A stretch of DNA of 64,000 bases, taken from contig JAFGGP010000013.1 in NCBI GenBank assembly GCA_016930485.1, positions 25,157 through 89,156 of the forward strand, read 5' to 3'. The stretch's first letter is position 1, and each line of letters begins with the position of its first letter. The position numbers were made by a program, and so were the translations under genes. Of this stretch, positions 23,197 to 32,528 are shown piece after piece. Source of the stretch: Candidatus Omnitrophota bacterium (GTDB taxonomy: Bacteria > Omnitrophota > Gorgyraeia > JAFGGP01). The notes beneath the pieces were generated by a model. The model ran no database searches. It was given only the letters and a program-made list of their open reading frames with translations, and had not been told where the DNA came from.

Positions 23197-25089
23197 ATGT
23201 GCGGCATTTGCGGCATTGTTGCCTCAGCATATTCTAGATCAGAAAAGCAGGTTTTGTTAGAAAAGATGCTTGCGAAACTTGAGCACAGGGGTCCTGATGA
23301 ACAGGGTCTCTACGTTGATGAGAACGTTGCCATTGGGGCTAGGCGTTTGTCAATAGTTGACATTAAGCGGGGGACGCAACCGGTTTTTAACGAAACCGGG
23401 TCATTGGTGATGGTTTTTAATGGGGAGATATACAACTCTATCGAACTTGCTCAACAACTGAGCAGGCAAGGGCATCGGCTCATAACCCGCTCGGACGCAG
23501 AACCCATTGTGCACTGCTACGAGGAAAAAGGCACAGACTCTTTCTGCGATTTAAACGGGATGTTCGCGTTTTGTCTATGGGATAAAGAGAGGAAGCGGCT
23601 GATTATTGCCAGGGACCATTTTGGCATAAAACCATTGTATTATTACCATGAAGGTGGCGTACTGGCGTTTGCCTCTGAGATTAAGGCGCTGCTCGAGCTG
23701 CCGTTTGTGCCGAGAGAGCTCAATCGCCGCGCGCTCGATCTCTACCTGACCCTTGAATACATCCCGCAACCTCTCTCTATTTTCCGCGATATCCACAAGC
23801 TTCCACCGGCGACAGCGCTGCATTTTGAAAAAAGCGGCTCCCTTACCATGAGAGAGTACTGGTGCCTCGAAGATAGCATTCGTCTTAACGGTGAGATTTC
23901 AGAAGAAGCTGCCTGTGAGGAACTACGGATGCGCCTGGAGGATTCGGTTCGCCTCAGGTTGCGGTCAGATGTTGATATCGGTGTATTTTTAAGCGGTGGC
24001 ATAGACTCATCCAGCATCATAGCCTTTATGAAAAAGCATAACGTTGGGCCTGTACGTGCCTTCTCTATCGCGTTTCATGAAAAGACATTTGATGAGAGTG
24101 TGTATGCGAGAGAAATAGAAAAATCCTTTGCTATTCAACATTATCAGGAGTTTTTTACCCCGCAGTCATTTTTGGATATCTTTCCCGCTGTCGTTGAGCA
24201 GCTCGACGAACCGTTCGCGGATCCGTCCGTCTTTCCGACTTTTTACCTTTCTCGCATCGCCCGGCAGCATGTAAAGGCCGCGTTTTCGGGTGAGGGTGGT
24301 GACGAGCTCTTCGCAGGGTATCCTACTTATTGGGCCGGGCGCTTCGCAGGAACCTGCGCGATGATACCAGGCCCCCTCAGGAAGATGGCCGAAAAGGCAG
24401 CTCAGTTATTCCCGCCATCAGATACCGATCTGTCATTTTTCTATAAATATAAACGGTTCATGAAGGGGATAGCGTACGAAGATGCGTATAGACCGTTTAT
24501 CTGGAAAGGGGCCTTTTCAGAAGATGAAAAACGGCTGTTATCCGGTGAGGGTTTAAAAGGGTCTTTCGACGGTCTGAGTCTGTCCCATTTTGACGGGATT
24601 ATTGAGCGTTACCGCAATTTTGACGTTGTCTCCCGCCACCAGCTTTTAGATATTGCCACTTACTTACAGGATGATTTACTGGTTAAGGCGGATCGCGCGT
24701 CTATGAAGAACTCCCTGGAGGTGCGTTTACCATTTTTGGACTATCGGCTGGCAGAGTTTGTTTTCTCACTACCAAGTTTCTTTCGACTTAAGGGGTTTAC
24801 GGGTAAATATATCCTGAAGAGGGCCCTCAAGGATACGTTGCCGCAATCGGTGCTCAGGAGGAAAAAAAAGGGTTTTGGGATGCCTGTGGCAAGGTGGCTT
24901 TCCAACGAACTGCGCTCACTGCTTATGGATACTCTTTCCCCCTCTTTAATGGCCACTGACGGGTTCTTTAAGCAAAGTTACATAGACGCCCTCCTGCAGA
25001 GACATCTTACAAAAAAAGAGGATTTACGAAAAGAGATCTGGGTAGTATTGATGGCCGAACTCTGGTACAGGAGGTATATGCGATCATGA
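23197..25089 (+). CDS. asnB: asparagine synthase (glutamine-hydrolysing) family amidotransferase
   Basis: It has an N-terminal MCGICGI nucleophile and a GATase-II region, the PP-loop FLSGGIDSS, and a C-terminal synthetase domain. Confidence 0.9.
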   Translation: MCGICGIVASAYSRSEKQVLLEKMLAKLEHRGPDEQGLYVDENVAIGARRLSIVDIKRGTQPVFNETGSLVMVFNGEIYNSIELAQQLSRQGHRLITRSDAEPIVHCYEEKGTDSFCDLNGMFAFCLWDKERKRLIIARDHFGIKPLYYYHEGGVLAFASEIKALLELPFVPRELNRRALDLYLTLEYIPQPLSIFRDIHKLPPATALHFEKSGSLTMREYWCLEDSIRLNGEISEEAACEELRMRLEDSVRLRLRSDVDIGVFLSGGIDSSSIIAFMKKHNVGPVRAFSIAFHEKTFDESVYAREIEKSFAIQHYQEFFTPQSFLDIFPAVVEQLDEPFADPSVFPTFYLSRIARQHVKAAFSGEGGDELFAGYPTYWAGRFAGTCAMIPGPLRKMAEKAAQLFPPSDTDLSFFYKYKRFMKGIAYEDAYRPFIWKGAFSEDEKRLLSGEGLKGSFDGLSLSHFDGIIERYRNFDVVSRHQLLDIATYLQDDLLVKADRASMKNSLEVRLPFLDYRLAEFVFSLPSFFRLKGFTGKYILKRALKDTLPQSVLRRKKKGFGMPVARWLSNELRSLLMDTLSPSLMATDGFFKQSYIDALLQRHLTKKEDLRKEIWVVLMAELWYRRYMRS

Positions 25090-26525
25090 GGGTCGTGCTG
25101 GTTAATCCGCCTCTTTCGGGAGAGGAGCGCTACGGGGCGCTTGCGGCCGGTGGCGTCTATTTACCGCCTTTGGGTATTGCTATTTTGGCGCAGATTGCCC
25201 GGGATAAAAGACACGACTCCTTCATTATCGACGCGGAGGCCGAGCAGTTAACAACCGAGCAGACGATCAAGCGTTTAATCAACATAGACCCTGATGTGGT
25301 TGGAATCAGTGCTGCCACCGTTGCCATCTACAGTGCCGCTTCATTAGCCGAAAGATTTAAAAAGAGAAAAAAGAGCACGCCTGTAATAATCGGCGGCCCG
25401 CACATCACCGCGATTCCCGGAGAAACCATGCGGTGTTTTCCCGGTTTTGACATAGGGGTCATCGGTGAGGGCGAATGTGCCCTTGCAGAGCTTTTGGACG
25501 TATTGCGGGACGGTTCTGATCTAAAAACGATTGCCGGAATTATCTTCAGAATAGATGGAAAGATTATCGAAACCGGGCCCCGCGAACTTATCGCAGACCT
25601 TGACACTATTCCGTTTCCGGCCTGGGACCTGCTGCCCGATATCAGGAGACGTTACCGGCCTTCGGCATTCGGGTTTCAAAGACTTCCCGCGACCTCATTT
25701 GTTACCTCCCGGGGCTGCCCGTCGCGTTGCTCGTTTTGCAACCAGGGACCGTGGGGCAAAAAGAGATACCGCGAACACTCGGTGCCATATCTGCTTGATA
25801 TGATCCGGATTTTGTATCATAGCTACGGCATACGTGATTTAGTGATCTATGACGGTACGTTTGGCGTTAATAAAGAGAGGTTAATCGCATTTTGCGAGGC
25901 CCTGATCAGGGAAAATCTGAATCTTGTCTGGTCGAGCAACGCCCGTGTTAATATGCTTACCCCGGATATACTCAGGCTCATGAGGCGGGCCGGTTGCTGG
26001 GGGATTGCCTATGGCATCGAGAGCGGTTCTCAGGAGATACTTGACTTTCTGCAAAAAGGCATTGATTTAGAGGGGGTGCGGCGGGCGATTACCTGGACCA
26101 AACAGGCTGGGATTATCGCCAAGGGATATATCATGGTCGGCGTTCCGAAGGATACCCGGGAAACAATCCGTGAGACTATGGATTTTGTTCTTACGTTAGA
26201 CCTTGATCTCTTGACGGTCAATCACTTCACCCCGTTTCCAGGCACGCTTGATTATGAACGGGCAGGACAATACGGTTTTTTCAATAAGGACTGGCGGCTT
26301 GCCAATGAACACAGCATGGCCTTTGTCCCTGAGGGGCTCAGCAGGGAAGAGGTTGAGCGCGCGATACGCGAAATTACAAGAAGGTTTTATCTCAGACCCC
26401 GAATTATAAAGAACCAGCTTCATCTTTTGGCGAATCCTCACAAGTGTGCATTGATTATAAAGGGTGCCATCGCACTGATGAAATTCATCACTCAAAAAAA
26501 CAGCACTTACGGAAAGAAAGCGTGA
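25086..26525 (+). CDS. B12-binding-domain radical SAM protein
   Basis: Motifs include MRVVLVNPP...VIIGGPHITA...GVIGEGE and TSRGCPSRCSFCNQ. It has an ATGA overlap with asnB. Confidence 0.85.
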   Translation: MRVVLVNPPLSGEERYGALAAGGVYLPPLGIAILAQIARDKRHDSFIIDAEAEQLTTEQTIKRLINIDPDVVGISAATVAIYSAASLAERFKKRKKSTPVIIGGPHITAIPGETMRCFPGFDIGVIGEGECALAELLDVLRDGSDLKTIAGIIFRIDGKIIETGPRELIADLDTIPFPAWDLLPDIRRRYRPSAFGFQRLPATSFVTSRGCPSRCSFCNQGPWGKKRYREHSVPYLLDMIRILYHSYGIRDLVIYDGTFGVNKERLIAFCEALIRENLNLVWSSNARVNMLTPDILRLMRRAGCWGIAYGIESGSQEILDFLQKGIDLEGVRRAITWTKQAGIIAKGYIMVGVPKDTRETIRETMDFVLTLDLDLLTVNHFTPFPGTLDYERAGQYGFFNKDWRLANEHSMAFVPEGLSREEVERAIREITRRFYLRPRIIKNQLHLLANPHKCALIIKGAIALMKFITQKNSTYGKKA

Positions 26526-26526
26526 C

Positions 26527-27768
26527 ATGTTTCCCAAAATTCCACGGGCACGGATTTACTGGAGCATGCGATTGACACTGCAATCCTTGGCAATCCTGTT
26601 GAGCGGAGGACTTGTCAAGGGCGGGGCAATCGAACGGTTTCGAGAGGCCCTGCGCAAATACCTAGGGTGCAGGTACGTTATATTAACCTCGTGCGGAAAA
26701 ATATCCCTCTACGCCACCCTTAAGGTGCTTAAGTTGGATGAATCGGACGAAGTTATTCTGCCGGCCTACACAGTGCCCGAGGTGGTCGAGGTCATTTTAG
26801 CGTGCAACTTAGTCCCTGTCTTTGTCGATATTGACGAGACGACCTACAACATGAATGAGGCGGCGATAGAAGCCGCTATCGGCACGCGGTCAAAGGTTAT
26901 TCTCATGACACATATGTATGGGCGCCCATGCAATGTTGATTGCATTATGGCCCTCGCAAAAAAATACCATCTTTCGGTTATCGAGGATGCGGCCCAGACT
27001 ATCGGGGCAGAGTATAACGGAAAAAAAGTAGGGACGTTCGGCAGGGCGGGCTACTTTAGTTTTGGGATGATGAAACACTTTAACACACTGGGCGGAAGCG
27101 CCCTTGTTACCGATGACCCTATGATGTACAGAGATATGCTTTCGGTTGTTGAGAAATACCCGTACCCCACACAATGGAGCCAAATAAAACTGTTATGCAA
27201 GGCGATGATGCTGCATATTGCCACAAACTCCATCGTTTTTTCAATATGTGGTTACCCCATCGTATTTTTACTGAGGTTATTTGGAAAAAAATTTCTGTAT
27301 AACGCGCTCGCCGGCAGGCCGATACAAGAGCGTTTTTCGGAGGATTTCCTCGATCGCGTGCGCCATCGTTTCGCCAATTTGCAGGGCGCAATAGGTCTTA
27401 TGCAACTGCGCTCCTTAGAGAGAAACAATGAGGCACGTGTAAGAAATGCCGGCATTCTCAATGACATTCTACAACTACCGCACTCAACCTGCACCAACCA
27501 TATATATTCTCAGTATGTATTATTGTTTAAAGATAGGGAAGAGGCCGCCGCGAGATTATTTAATGAAGGAATTGATGTCACAAATGGTTATTTGGAAAAT
27601 TGCGGCGCGCGTTTTTCTGACGGCAAAAGAAACGATTCTTTCATCAAAAGCTCTCTGGCAGAGCAGCACAATTTGTATATACCCATTTACCCCTCTTTAA
27701 CAGAGAGGAGAATGAAAGGCATCGCATTATGCATACAAAAAATGTATGGGCACATAGCCATCTTATAG
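26527..27768 (+). CDS. DegT/DnrJ/EryC1/StrS-family PLP aminotransferase
   Basis: Motifs include VILPAYTVPEVVEVI, VFVDID, ILMTHMYGRPCNVD, VIEDAAQTIGAEYNGKKVGTFG and YFSFGMMKHFNT (putative PLP Lys). Confidence 0.8.
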   Translation: MFPKIPRARIYWSMRLTLQSLAILLSGGLVKGGAIERFREALRKYLGCRYVILTSCGKISLYATLKVLKLDESDEVILPAYTVPEVVEVILACNLVPVFVDIDETTYNMNEAAIEAAIGTRSKVILMTHMYGRPCNVDCIMALAKKYHLSVIEDAAQTIGAEYNGKKVGTFGRAGYFSFGMMKHFNTLGGSALVTDDPMMYRDMLSVVEKYPYPTQWSQIKLLCKAMMLHIATNSIVFSICGYPIVFLLRLFGKKFLYNALAGRPIQERFSEDFLDRVRHRFANLQGAIGLMQLRSLERNNEARVRNAGILNDILQLPHSTCTNHIYSQYVLLFKDREEAAARLFNEGIDVTNGYLENCGARFSDGKRNDSFIKSSLAEQHNLYIPIYPSLTERRMKGIALCIQKMYGHIAIL

Positions 27769-29015
27769 TATGTTTTATCATACTGCATGTATTAGCCTGT
27801 GACGTATCTGCTTACAGCTCTGAAAGCGACATCCTTCAGGAAATCGAGACATTAAAAGGTAAAACGGCAGAAAATGAAGACCTGAACGATACAAAAGCGC
27901 GCCTTTTGCAGTTGTTAGACGTGGCGAGAGAAGAAGATGTTAATCTTAATGAGGAAATCTTTGCGGCCATAGATGAGACGCACAAAAAAATTATGGAACA
28001 GCGCCCGCAACAACAGATTGACCGTCTTACGTTATACCGTTTTTTAAAGGAATATTCTCAGTCTATGACTCCCGCATATTCATTTGCCCGTCTGGATTCG
28101 CGACATGCGTGTCAGAGGAACGCGAAAGCACTGAGAAAAAAAATTATTGATCTACTGGGCGGTTTCCCTAAAAGAAATCCTCTAAATGCCGTTATCCTTG
28201 AAACGAAAGATTTTGATGAGTACGTAATGGAAAAGATAATGTTTGATCCAGAGCCGGGGAGAAGCGTGGTCGGTTATCTCCTCATGCCAAAAAATAAAAA
28301 AACCCCGCTGCCCACCGTAGTTTGTTTACACGAACATGGGGGCGAATACTTCAAGGGCAAGGATGGCCCTGTCGGTAATGTGCTGCCTGAATCCGGGTTA
28401 ACGTATGCGCGGGATCTTGCACAACGGGGGTATATTACATTGACTATCGATGCGCCCTGTTTCGGAGAGCGAATAGAGGATGAGGGGCAGGTCGATTATC
28501 TGGCTTCTTTGATCGGGCGGCCGCTGTTCGGTTTGATTGTATACGATGACATCCGATCGGTCGATTACCTTTTGACGAGAAGCGAGGTGGATAAAAAAAG
28601 GATAGGTTGTATAGGCCATTCTATGGGGGGGATTAGGGCGATATTTTTATCCGGGCTGGACGAACGCATTTCATGCGGGGTGTCCCTGAACGGTTTTTCA
28701 AACATGAAAGACGTGGTTCGGCATGAACTATTCTATTGGCCGCCAACTACCTACCTGAAAGGCCTATTACCATTTGCCGAGATAGAAGATGTTGTATCAT
28801 TGAGCGCGCCCAGACCTTTTTTGGTGGCCGTGGGTCAATTAGATGATTCTCTCCCAGTAGACGACGCAGGACCCGCGGTCGAACATATGCGGAAGGTGTA
28901 TTCATTTTATCATCGGGAAAAGTCATTTCAGTATCTCTTGTTCAAAAATGAGGGGCACGGTTTTCCATCACTTTACCACAACAAAGTATACTCATGGATT
29001 GATAGATGGATTTGA
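27729..29015 (+). CDS. secreted alpha/beta-hydrolase (esterase/dienelactone-hydrolase-like)
   Basis: It has an N-terminal signal-like segment, the oxyanion region VCLHEHGGEY, the nucleophile elbow IGHSMGG, and a C-terminal EGHGF. It overlaps the DegT gene by 40 nt. Confidence 0.65.
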   Translation: MHTKNVWAHSHLIVCFIILHVLACDVSAYSSESDILQEIETLKGKTAENEDLNDTKARLLQLLDVAREEDVNLNEEIFAAIDETHKKIMEQRPQQQIDRLTLYRFLKEYSQSMTPAYSFARLDSRHACQRNAKALRKKIIDLLGGFPKRNPLNAVILETKDFDEYVMEKIMFDPEPGRSVVGYLLMPKNKKTPLPTVVCLHEHGGEYFKGKDGPVGNVLPESGLTYARDLAQRGYITLTIDAPCFGERIEDEGQVDYLASLIGRPLFGLIVYDDIRSVDYLLTRSEVDKKRIGCIGHSMGGIRAIFLSGLDERISCGVSLNGFSNMKDVVRHELFYWPPTTYLKGLLPFAEIEDVVSLSAPRPFLVAVGQLDDSLPVDDAGPAVEHMRKVYSFYHREKSFQYLLFKNEGHGFPSLYHNKVYSWIDRWI

Positions 29016-30142
29016 GTATGTTGCACAATACTAATCTCAGAAAAATTCTTTTTATAACCCGTGAATCAAAAGAACTGCCCGGCGCCCGGATCAGGGCCTA
29101 TAGCTTTGCCGCTGAACTGCGCAAACTTGGCTGGGATGCCGATGTCTTTTCTTTTGCGGATCATCTCGGGGCATTTTCCGGAAAGGAGGAACATCGGCTT
29201 ACACACAAAGACAAGCTTACCTATAACAGAAAGGCGTATCGCCATCTCTCAAAGATCAAAAACGCCACTTTTATTATCCAACGGGTAAACTACCATTCGT
29301 TCGCGCCTTTACTTGCTTATCTCAAGGATAAAAAAAATACACATATTGTATTGGATATGGATGACTGGGAGATAAGAGAAAAGATATATCGCATAGGCAA
29401 GCTCTCAAATTCAAAGGCAGAGATGTTAACGCGGTTCATCGCCACCCGAGCTGTTTTTTGCATAGCCGCAAGCCAGTATATCTACCGCTTTCTCTCCCGA
29501 TACACAAAAAGAGTACTTTATCTCCCCAGCACCGTTGATGCTAATGTATTTTATCCTGGCAACGGCAGACCCTTATCCGGACCTGTGACATTTTCCTGGA
29601 TCGGCACTATGAACAGAGAGGATGATGCCAAAAATGTGATTTTTTTGATAGAGTGCCTGATCGCGTGCAGACAACAAATGGAAGATATGGTTCTCGAAAT
29701 AGTGGGTGACGGAAGATATTCTACTATGTTACAATACTATCTAAACAGCATACAGGACAAGAATGCCGTCCGATGGCTTCAGTATATGCCATATGAACAA
29801 ATCCCTGAATATCTCCGGCAGATAGACATAGGGTTGGTCCCATTAATTCAGAAAACCAGATTTAATGAGGCAAAGAGTCCGGCAAAGCTGTTTGAGTATA
29901 TGGCCTCGGGGAAGCCGATAATCGCAAGTTCCATAGGTGAGGCAAAGCAGGTTGTGCAAAACGGAAAGAATGGCATCTTGGCCGACGGGCAAAGTGCATT
30001 CTGTTCGGCCATGCTAATACTGGCCAGGGATGCGGCGCTTCGTAGGAGCTTGGGCCATGAGGCCTCTAAGACCATAAGAGAGCGTTTTTCATTGTCAAAA
30101 TGCATTAATGTGTTGCATGAAAATCTATCGCACACCTTTTAA
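29006..30142 (+). CDS. GT4/GT1-like glycosyltransferase
   Basis: Motifs include VLDMDDWEIRE and KSPAKLFEYMASGKPIIASSIGEAKQVVQNGKNGILA. It is a paralog of the 19197..20360 product. Confidence 0.75.
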   Translation: MDLSMLHNTNLRKILFITRESKELPGARIRAYSFAAELRKLGWDADVFSFADHLGAFSGKEEHRLTHKDKLTYNRKAYRHLSKIKNATFIIQRVNYHSFAPLLAYLKDKKNTHIVLDMDDWEIREKIYRIGKLSNSKAEMLTRFIATRAVFCIAASQYIYRFLSRYTKRVLYLPSTVDANVFYPGNGRPLSGPVTFSWIGTMNREDDAKNVIFLIECLIACRQQMEDMVLEIVGDGRYSTMLQYYLNSIQDKNAVRWLQYMPYEQIPEYLRQIDIGLVPLIQKTRFNEAKSPAKLFEYMASGKPIIASSIGEAKQVVQNGKNGILADGQSAFCSAMLILARDAALRRSLGHEASKTIRERFSLSKCINVLHENLSHTF

Positions 30143-30155
30143 ACAAGGAGGGGAT

Positions 30156-30755
30156 ATGGTTTCTAAATACCTATATCTGGCATTTGTTGTGTTGAGCGTT
30201 ATTGCTGTTAGCCAGGGCGCCGTCTCGGCGCAGGAGACAACGGCAGAACTGCCGAAGGCTAGAATCGACATTAGCGCTGAGGACGGGGCATTCGAGCTGA
30301 TGAATATCAAGGCGACGGGCGATACAGATGTTATCATCGAAACACTAACCGGTGAGACCTCGAACGTTACCTTTGCTATCGTCAAGGAAGACGCTGTAGC
30401 CAGTTGGAGAAAATTGACCATAACATTCATGCCGGTTAAATCAGGCCGGGTGAAAATAACCTTAGGGGGCGCACATTTTGAGAATATGGAGGAAGATCAC
30501 AGGAGTATCGTATTTGATGATCTCTCTATCGCGAAAAACGATGTTATAAGCAATGGCGGGTTCGAAGAGAGCGATCCGGATGGGAAGCCGGTTGGCTGGG
30601 ACGGGACCCCTGAGGTGTATATTTCAAACAAGAAAGAGGCCAGGACAGGATCGGGCGCGATCCAGGTCTGGCATGATCAGCGTCTGGAGCAGACTATAGA
30701 AGTTAAGGGCTGGAACGAATATACAATCAACGCGTATTTTAAGGCTGCCAAATAG
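30156..30755 (+). CDS. small secreted protein with CBM/galactose-binding-like jelly-roll motifs (copy 1)
   Basis: SD AAGGAGGGG precedes ATG 30156. The signal peptide is MVSKYLYLAFVVLSVIAVSQGAVSAQE. Motifs include VFDDLSI...NGGFEE...GKPVGWDG...QVWHDQ...YTINAYFKAAK. It is a paralog of 35822..36475. Confidence 0.6.
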   Translation: MVSKYLYLAFVVLSVIAVSQGAVSAQETTAELPKARIDISAEDGAFELMNIKATGDTDVIIETLTGETSNVTFAIVKEDAVASWRKLTITFMPVKSGRVKITLGGAHFENMEEDHRSIVFDDLSIAKNDVISNGGFEESDPDGKPVGWDGTPEVYISNKKEARTGSGAIQVWHDQRLEQTIEVKGWNEYTINAYFKAAK

Positions 30756-30866
30756 CCAAGATAATACCCTGAGCAATGATGACAGAGTGGCGCTTTTTTA
30801 ACACGGCCGTCTCATGTTAACTGTATAATTTAATACCTTCCTAACAAAAGATTTTCCTTCTCTTTA

Positions 30867-32528
30867 ATGAAGAACAAACACCTTTATTTTTTGGGCGCCA
30901 TCTTTCTTTTTCATCTCATCAATAATCTCTATGTCCTCAGGATTGACCGTACCCCCTTTGTATTTGACAGCCATTCGTATTTTTACATGAGCGTCAGTAT
31001 CTATAAATGGTTCTTGGTTGGTTTCCGCGGCCATATAGACATTATTACTAGGCCGCCGCTTGTTATGTTTCCCGCCTCGCTTTTCTATTTTTTATTCGGC
31101 ATAAGTCGGGATGTTGCCTGTTTCACAAATGTTATCTTTTTATGTGTCCTGATTATCTCGATGTATCAAATTGGTAAGTCCATGGGAGATAAAGAAACAG
31201 GGCTTCTTTCGGTTTTCATTCTAACCACCTATCCCATAGTATTCGGCTTTTCCCGGATTTATATGGCCGAATTCCCGCTTCTTGCTATGGTCGCCCTGTC
31301 ATTATGGGCCCTTTTACGGACAGATTGTCTCACTGATACCCGGAGATCATTATTGTTAGGTGTTATATGCGGGGCGGGCCTGCTTACCAAGATGACTTAT
31401 CCTGCCTTTGTTGCGGGACCATTCCTGTATTACTGCATTCACGGGATAGTCATTTACAAGACTAAACGCAAGAACATTATTTTTAACAGTATACTAGTCT
31501 TATGTATTGCCGTAAGCGTTTCCTTTTTCTGGTATAGGCCAAATCTGATCCAGGAGTTTCTTCGCTATCAAAATGACGGAAATATTCCTCGTGCAATGAG
31601 CGGATTCCGGCTGACTGAGCACCCGCTTTTTTATCTATTTGCGCTTTACAATTCACAGATGTGGTGGCCATACTACATCTTCTTTATGGTCGCCGTTGCT
31701 GTGCTTGTCGTGAAGAGTCCTGCAAAACTACTGTTTCCCGCCGTTACTATCATTGTTCCATATTTTATCTTTTCGGCACTTGCGATAAAAAATACAAGGC
31801 ATATCATGGCGTACCTCCCTGCATTCGCACTGGTTACATCCTCAGGGCTGTTTGAGATCTCAAAACACAAGAAGGCGCATCTTGCTGTATTTATTTTCAT
31901 TTTTCTGATCGGAATCCTTCAATATCTCTTTATTACTTATTCTGTCTATGCAAAGAAGTTCCTTGAGGCCAGGGCATTCGCCCCTGGAGCATACCGCCCC
32001 TGTCCGACAGACCCATCGACGGTCTATGAATGGGATATACATGCCGTTCTTAATATGGGGTTATGGCAGCCAGACGATTCCGATTGGAAAACCGAGGAAA
32101 TAACAACCCTTTTACTGAGAGAAAACCCGCAAAAAGGAGAGGCAAAGATTCTTTTTGTGAATCCGAATCCGCGCGTTCTTTTTGCATTATTAGACCACGT
32201 CCGGATTCAGCAATTGCCACTGGATATCTATAAATCATACACAGCCCATTCGAGAGGCAGTTTTCCGAAGGAGGATAGGAAAATCAATTTTACTTTTCAG
32301 GAACTCGAAGAGATAGATTTTCTTTTGATCTCCACCTTCGAGCAGTTTACAGGGCCCAATACGGATATCGAAGACCTGCTGCACGCGCTTCAAGGTCCGC
32401 CATGGTCAGACTGTTATGAGCGCATTGCGACTATCGACGTCCCTGAAGACACGAGTATCTATGTGTATAAAAGAAGGCGCAGCATACTATCGTTTCTTTC
32501 GGGCAGACAAAAAAGGCAAATCCTATGA
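30867..32528 (+). CDS. GT-C-fold membrane glycosyltransferase (ArnT/PMT_2-like), tandem paralog 1
   Basis: It is polytopic. The first-loop motif is RTPFVFDSHSY, followed by the conserved GLLTKMTYPAFV, then a C-terminal soluble domain of ~170 aa. Confidence 0.7.
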   Translation: MKNKHLYFLGAIFLFHLINNLYVLRIDRTPFVFDSHSYFYMSVSIYKWFLVGFRGHIDIITRPPLVMFPASLFYFLFGISRDVACFTNVIFLCVLIISMYQIGKSMGDKETGLLSVFILTTYPIVFGFSRIYMAEFPLLAMVALSLWALLRTDCLTDTRRSLLLGVICGAGLLTKMTYPAFVAGPFLYYCIHGIVIYKTKRKNIIFNSILVLCIAVSVSFFWYRPNLIQEFLRYQNDGNIPRAMSGFRLTEHPLFYLFALYNSQMWWPYYIFFMVAVAVLVVKSPAKLLFPAVTIIVPYFIFSALAIKNTRHIMAYLPAFALVTSSGLFEISKHKKAHLAVFIFIFLIGILQYLFITYSVYAKKFLEARAFAPGAYRPCPTDPSTVYEWDIHAVLNMGLWQPDDSDWKTEEITTLLLRENPQKGEAKILFVNPNPRVLFALLDHVRIQQLPLDIYKSYTAHSRGSFPKEDRKINFTFQELEEIDFLLISTFEQFTGPNTDIEDLLHALQGPPWSDCYERIATIDVPEDTSIYVYKRRRSILSFLSGRQKRQIL

